Under the pieces are notes generated by a model that saw only the letters and a program-made list of their open reading frames with translations, was not told the DNA's origin and did no database searches. A stretch of 53,189 nt of DNA, taken from a virus (lineage: Duplodnaviria > Caudoviricetes). Position 1 is the stretch's first letter. Each line of letters begins with the position of its first letter. The stretch is from IMG/VR virus record IMGVR_UViG_3300013099_000025, positions 1 through 53,189 of that record; one strand, given 5' to 3'. Positions 48,649 to 53,189 of this stretch are shown here, in pieces. A program made the position numbers and the translations under genes.

Positions 48649-49776
48649 TTAAAAATATTTAATTCGTATAAATTTACAGTTTAAAACATTCTCAATTTTT
48701 TTCTGTCGATGATCATCTTTTTCTTTAATTCTTTTATGATGTTTTTCATCAATTTCGATTACGATGTTTCTTTGTGCGTCATAACCATCGACAAGATAAT
48801 TGGTATTTGGAACTTTGAATTCTCCACCATTTTCAGCATGTTGGAAATTATACCCCCATGAATCATTGAATTGTTGAATTAGATTACATGCTTTTTTGTT
48901 ATACATCAATGAATTGCTTTTACTATAATTCGAATTAGCAATATGTTCATTTATGGTTTGTCTCATTTGTTCTTTCTGACACTCTCGTTGTGCTGGATTC
49001 TCCACTCCAAATTGTTCCATATTTGTTTCTTTAATTTTTTCTTTTACTTCTTCTGCTTGAAATGGATTTTCGACACCATAATGTTCTTTTGTTGTTTCTA
49101 TCTTTTTAGCTTTTACTTCTGGTATTTTAGAAACATTATCCACACCATGCTTCATTCTAACACCGGCTTTTTGTGCTTGCTTTCCTTCTTCTGTCTGCCA
49201 CGGAAAATCAGTTCCATACCTTTGTTGTGATGTTTCGATTTTCTTTTGTTGAATCGTGTCCAATTGAGAAATATTATCAACACCATAAATTTCTTTTACT
49301 GTTTCTTGCATCGTATCGATATAGGCAGCTTTTTCAGATCCATAATTTTTGATCGCTGTTGCCTTTTTCTTTTGAATAAATTCTTCTGACGATTGTTTCT
49401 TTGCCAGAATTTTTAGACTACAAGATCGACAACAAGTATCTGAAAAATAAATCAATTTCTCTTTTTTCTTATATGAAAGAATTGCGTATTTCTCTTTACA
49501 TACTTTACATTTTTCAAGAGAATCCAATGTCAGATAATTATTATTCAGTGCCCATAATCTGACATTTACTGTTAATTGCTGTTTCTTGGCATTCGGATAT
49601 GCTTCATCTAAATGACACGTTGCAAGCATAAGTTTTTCTTTTCTATATGCACAACCACCAGCTATGAACCAACGATAATTCTTTTCATTTGCAAATTTTG
49701 GATTCTTGTTCAGTGTTTCGATTTGATTCACACACCATTCACGAGCTTTAACAATTTCTTCTTCTGAATGTAACAT
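48649..49776 (-). mobile_element. free-standing homing endonuclease (Vsr/EDxHD-like PD-(D/E)xK domain with tandem DNA-binding repeats)
   Basis: About 23-aa repeats YGVDNISQ/YGTDFPWQ/HGVDNVSK/YGVENPFQ/FGVENPAQ; C-terminal GGEF..YLVDGYD...VIEIDEKHH...D..RQ..IE...KFIRI; located between the intein halves. Confidence 0.8.
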
Positions 49777-49790
49777 TTTTAAAATATCTC

Positions 49791-51404
49791 CTAATATTTT
49801 TGTTGAACTAAATACCTCCCTTCTGGATTTTCCAACAATTCTTCAGGAGATATTTTTATATTCTTTTGTTCGTTCTCATCCCATACGATTAAACTATGAT
49901 CATCAGATACCCAAAAATCTTCAAATCGATTCTGTGGGTCATGTATGGAAAACATTTTCAAATTACGATGTTCAGAATAATCCAAAATCTTCTTTTCAGC
50001 TATTGTTCCATCGTCTAAACTTATTGCTTTGATGTGCATTTCTTCAGTTGGTTTGTAATGACTTACATTTTCTTTTTCTTTCTCTGGAATGTGTTTAAAC
50101 ATATCAGTATCTTTCAAATCTGCAATATGTTTTACTATACTTTCTTTCTTTTCATTTGTCAAGTGTATAGTACATAATGCTGAGTCCCCGTCAAAATCTG
50201 CGTTAAATCCACGACAAACCATCGGGTGAATACATATAACATCAATTGGCTCAACTTTTATTTTGAATGCGACTAAACTTAATTTATGTAAACTAGGTTG
50301 TCTATTGAGTAAACAGACATCATCACCAATAATCTCTTCACATATTTTCAATAGATGCGGATCATTGTGAAATTGACATTCTTCGACGCATTCCAATGCT
50401 CTATGGATTGATTTGAAATGACCATCATCTATTAATTTTTTAGCAATTTTTATCTTATATAATTCAAGAATCATTCGATATGGTAAAATACATTCATCTA
50501 ATTTAATTGTGGGAGATGGTGCAATCACCGCACGACCTGAAAAATCTATTCGTTTTCCTAAGATATTGCCTCTGATTAATCCTTCTTTCTTCGATATATT
50601 ATCGATAATATAATCAAATAAATCATCGACATTTCTTTGGAATTGACTATAGTATTCTTGATAGATTTTCATATGCCGTGTTATATCAATATCTCCAGCA
50701 GCCATAATTTCTTTTCTGACTAGAATCTGATAATAATATTGATTTAATTGATCGACTGAATTTGTAGTTGGATTTATTTGAGAAATGGGTCGCATTGAAG
50801 GAGGGATAACAATCACTTCGTATAGAAATAAATGTTCATCCACATTCTTCAATAACATCTTAAATTGTTCATTTTCTGGATCAATGATCATATAAGTTTT
50901 GATGGTATTGACGATTAATTTCTCAACAGCTTCATGCATCTGCCAATAATCATACTTCAAATCACTGATTTTTTCATCTTCTTCAAGTGTTTTCAAAATA
51001 AATTCATCATTATATTCGTATAAAATATTTCTATGTGATTTCATTAATTTTGTCACATCATCAAATAATAATTTTTCAGATGAAGGTAATATTTTCTTAA
51101 CAAGGGAAAGATATGTTCTATTAAGCAATGGTATTGGTAAAGTTATTTTAGCAAATTGCCTCCTTCGTTTGAGACTGTTTGTAATTTCTAAATCATCACA
51201 AAATTTTCCACCGCATTTAGCAATTTGACCTTCGGAATGTTTTCCATGATATATTCCACATCGACAAGTATAATTATTTTCTAAACCGAATATATGTTCT
51301 GAAAATAATCCATATCTATGATATTTCTTCTTCTTCTCAAAATAACCAGAGGTAGTTATTTCTGGTAAATCTTTCGCAAATTCTCTATTTAATAATTTAG
51401 GCAT
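49791..51404 (-). CDS. rpoC: RNA polymerase beta' N-terminal part (ends at catalytic NADFDGD) fused to a 130-aa N-intein
   Basis: GLFSEHIFG, CRCG zinc finger, PPSMRP, GNILGKRIDFSGRAVI, LNRQPSLH, NADFDGD at 50184-50204. Confidence 0.95.
   Translation of the reverse strand: MPKLLNREFAKDLPEITTSGYFEKKKKYHRYGLFSEHIFGLENNYTCRCGIYHGKHSEGQIAKCGGKFCDDLEITNSLKRRRQFAKITLPIPLLNRTYLSLVKKILPSSEKLLFDDVTKLMKSHRNILYEYNDEFILKTLEEDEKISDLKYDYWQMHEAVEKLIVNTIKTYMIIDPENEQFKMLLKNVDEHLFLYEVIVIPPSMRPISQINPTTNSVDQLNQYYYQILVRKEIMAAGDIDITRHMKIYQEYYSQFQRNVDDLFDYIIDNISKKEGLIRGNILGKRIDFSGRAVIAPSPTIKLDECILPYRMILELYKIKIAKKLIDDGHFKSIHRALECVEECQFHNDPHLLKICEEIIGDDVCLLNRQPSLHKLSLVAFKIKVEPIDVICIHPMVCRGFNADFDGDSALCTIHLTNEKKESIVKHIADLKDTDMFKHIPEKEKENVSHYKPTEEMHIKAISLDDGTIAEKKILDYSEHRNLKMFSIHDPQNRFEDFWVSDDHSLIVWDENEQKNIKISPEELLENPEGRYLVQQKY
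49794..50183 (-). mobile_element. split intein N-half (130 aa; Ser1, block B SDDH)
   Basis: RNAP similarity stops after DFDGD; SALCTIHL...HIADL...AISLDDG....KKI...H...FWVSDDHSLIV is a HINT-domain N-region with a TxxH-like block B. Confidence 0.85.
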
Positions 51405-51480
51405 TTATTATGATACTCCACTATATAAATATTTAAGAAAAAAATTATACATTTCAGCTATATAACTATGTTGTGATTAA

Positions 51481-51522
51481 TTTTAAAAACAGCCCATGAT
51501 TTAACATGGACTGTTTTTAAAA
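51481..51522 (-). terminator. hairpin upstream of the beta' gene
   Basis: TTTTAAAAACAG...CTGTTTTTAAAA with an inner CATG/CATG pair. Confidence 0.6.
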
Positions 51523-51525
51523 TTT

Positions 51526-52206
51526 TTATACCATTCTTAGCTGTTTAGCAACATTCATCATACCATAAATAAAATCCCGTTCAGGGACATTCATAATAGA
51601 TGATAATGGTTTTTTGAAATTATTTAACATATACCCCATGTTAAATCTTTTCTTTACTTTTTTACGAGGAATCATAATATCATTTTTTTGATCATATAAC
51701 ATATCAACATCACCAAAATCAACAGAAACTTTCGATAAATCAAACCAATATCCCTCATCGAAATCCCAATATGATAAATCATTGATTAATTTATTCAATG
51801 ATATATTGATTGGATCTTGTGCATATGATTTATACGGATTCTTGCAGAATTCATATAATTCAAATTGTTTTCCTTTGTATGTATATTCTAATTCATTCGT
51901 GATCATTGTAAGTGTTTCTGTAGAGAAATGATCAAATTTATTTATAAGTTTTGCATTTGGATGGTGTGCATCTACCAAATAAATATTTGTGATTTCTGCA
52001 CGTTTTTCTTTTGTATTGCGTGGTATGTATTTAATTAATAGTTTATGAACAATACAGAATTCGTCATAAATTTTATCGATATTCACATCGAATCCGAAAC
52101 ATTTTAAATATCTTGGATTGATCACACAATCTACTAAAAGCATTGGTTTTTCAGAATATACCATTCTATGGTTCAAAATTGTAGGAATTGGAATGCTGTC
52201 TAACAT
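51526..52206 (-). CDS. hypothetical protein (HPN motif; possible E2-like fold)
   Basis: TGATG coupling to the ThiF-like gene; DAHHPNA...EFC. Confidence 0.6.
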   Translation of the reverse strand: MLDSIPIPTILNHRMVYSEKPMLLVDCVINPRYLKCFGFDVNIDKIYDEFCIVHKLLIKYIPRNTKEKRAEITNIYLVDAHHPNAKLINKFDHFSTETLTMITNELEYTYKGKQFELYEFCKNPYKSYAQDPINISLNKLINDLSYWDFDEGYWFDLSKVSVDFGDVDMLYDQKNDIMIPRKKVKKRFNMGYMLNNFKKPLSSIMNVPERDFIYGMMNVAKQLRMV

Positions 52207-53018
52207 CAAGCTCCTCCTATCTGATTTATAATATTTAGTTGTAAAGTGTCTCCTCTTATTGATGGCACCGTATATACGGCAGGAAAATTATCTATCTCCT
52301 GTCTGATTGTTGTCACTATATTGTTTACAATTTCTGAAATATTATTATCATATATTTGGAATGATTCATTTTTCAGATTATACATCCCATCTAAGATATC
52401 AACATTGACATGTTTGATATTATTGTTTTCACATGTGATTAATTTTTCAATATAATCATGGGAGACATTTTGTGATGGATGTAAATTTTCAATCATCCCG
52501 ATTTGATTTATTGAAATAGCTGTCCTGTCTGTTATATATCCTACAATTCTTATTTTTTCATTACAAAACATATTTACAAATCTAACAATTAATGATTTGA
52601 TAAATTGATTATTGATATAACTAACATATTCTCCTTCAACTTCAAATCTAAATGAAATAGTTTTTCTGAAATCAATAATCAATTTATCCTTATTTATGAA
52701 TAATTTAATAGCATCGAATGTTTGTCTATCCTCGAACGTATCTCTACAATCAAAAATAGTTGAACATTGATTTATAATTTTTTGGATTTTTGGTGATAAT
52801 TTATTTGATTCAATATATTCACATATCCCTGTGACATTAGAATATTGCGATTCACATGAATTTACTTTCTTTCTTCCAACATATTTCACATTATATTGAA
52901 TGTTATTTTTATTTACAACATCGCCGTCGATCACAACAAATTGTTCATGAGGTAATTTTCTTTGTAATGAATCTAACAAATTTTTTCCTAATGAGCCTAC
53001 TCCTATTATTCCAATCAT
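52206..53018 (-). CDS. ThiF/E1-like adenylyltransferase family protein
   Basis: IGIIGVGSLG, IDGDVV...N, GRKKV, IFDCRD Rossmann/ThiF motifs; ends QIGGA. Confidence 0.75.
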   Translation of the reverse strand: MIGIIGVGSLGKNLLDSLQRKLPHEQFVVIDGDVVNKNNIQYNVKYVGRKKVNSCESQYSNVTGICEYIESNKLSPKIQKIINQCSTIFDCRDTFEDRQTFDAIKLFINKDKLIIDFRKTISFRFEVEGEYVSYINNQFIKSLIVRFVNMFCNEKIRIVGYITDRTAISINQIGMIENLHPSQNVSHDYIEKLITCENNNIKHVNVDILDGMYNLKNESFQIYDNNISEIVNNIVTTIRQEIDNFPAVYTVPSIRGDTLQLNIINQIGGA

Positions 53019-53189
53019 TATATATCCTTATAATAGATTTTTCAATATTTTGGCATATGCCAATAGAACCTCCTTGGCTTTACTTGCCATTATTTTTTTA
53101 CTTTGTTTTCTTGTCTGTTTTTCTGTAGTAATATTTATAATACAAATATCCACATAATATTCTTCATCATTAAATGGATTCAACGATAA

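Noticed and set aside
48568-50183. Group I/II intron or simple frameshift/pseudogene as the explanation for the broken beta' gene
   Set aside because: The extra sequence is in-frame protein with intein blocks on both sides, each ORF has its own SD and start, and the non-coding gaps (14 and 81 bp) are too short for a ribozyme core
43786-51404. Host chromosomal rpoBC operon
   Set aside because: Subunits are short and divergent, the order is reversed, there are no ribosomal protein genes, and the neighbours are phage genes
1-53189. Genome-wide stop-codon reassignment (TGA or TAG), suggested by the TGA at 3566
   Set aside because: Long conserved genes are intact in code 11, TGA ends genes in ATGA/TGATG couplings (43786, 52206), and TAG ends terL and other genes at sensible positions

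Overview
AT-rich fragment of a large contractile-tailed (myo-type, probably jumbo) phage genome. 1.9-30 kb is a late/virion module with an amidase, a four-member paralogous family of putative internal virion proteins, baseplate and tail-fibre genes, tail sheath, tail tube, a tail chaperone, tape measure, an HExxH peptidase and terminase large subunit. It is punctuated by a conserved GGAACATATAATTG promoter-like motif. 30.6-53 kb is a minus-strand early/middle region of small ORFs plus a nucleotidyltransferase, dNMP kinase, (p)ppGpp-hydrolase-like HD protein, FolE2, a ThiF/E1-like protein and a phage-encoded beta/beta' multisubunit RNA polymerase. The main discovery is that the beta' gene is fractured exactly after the catalytic NADFDGD motif into two separately translated ORFs. 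These carry the N- and C-halves of an atypical split intein (Ser1, terminal Gln-Asp, Ser+1), with a free-standing Vsr/EDxHD-like homing endonuclease between them, so a contiguous beta' would require protein trans-splicing. Other notable signals are a candidate +1 frameshift (UUU_CGA) in the tail chaperone, an in-frame TGA inside a DUF192-like gene, face-to-face late promoters and a possible E1/Ubl/E2-like pair. All family assignments are from motif recognition by eye, and no database searches were run.
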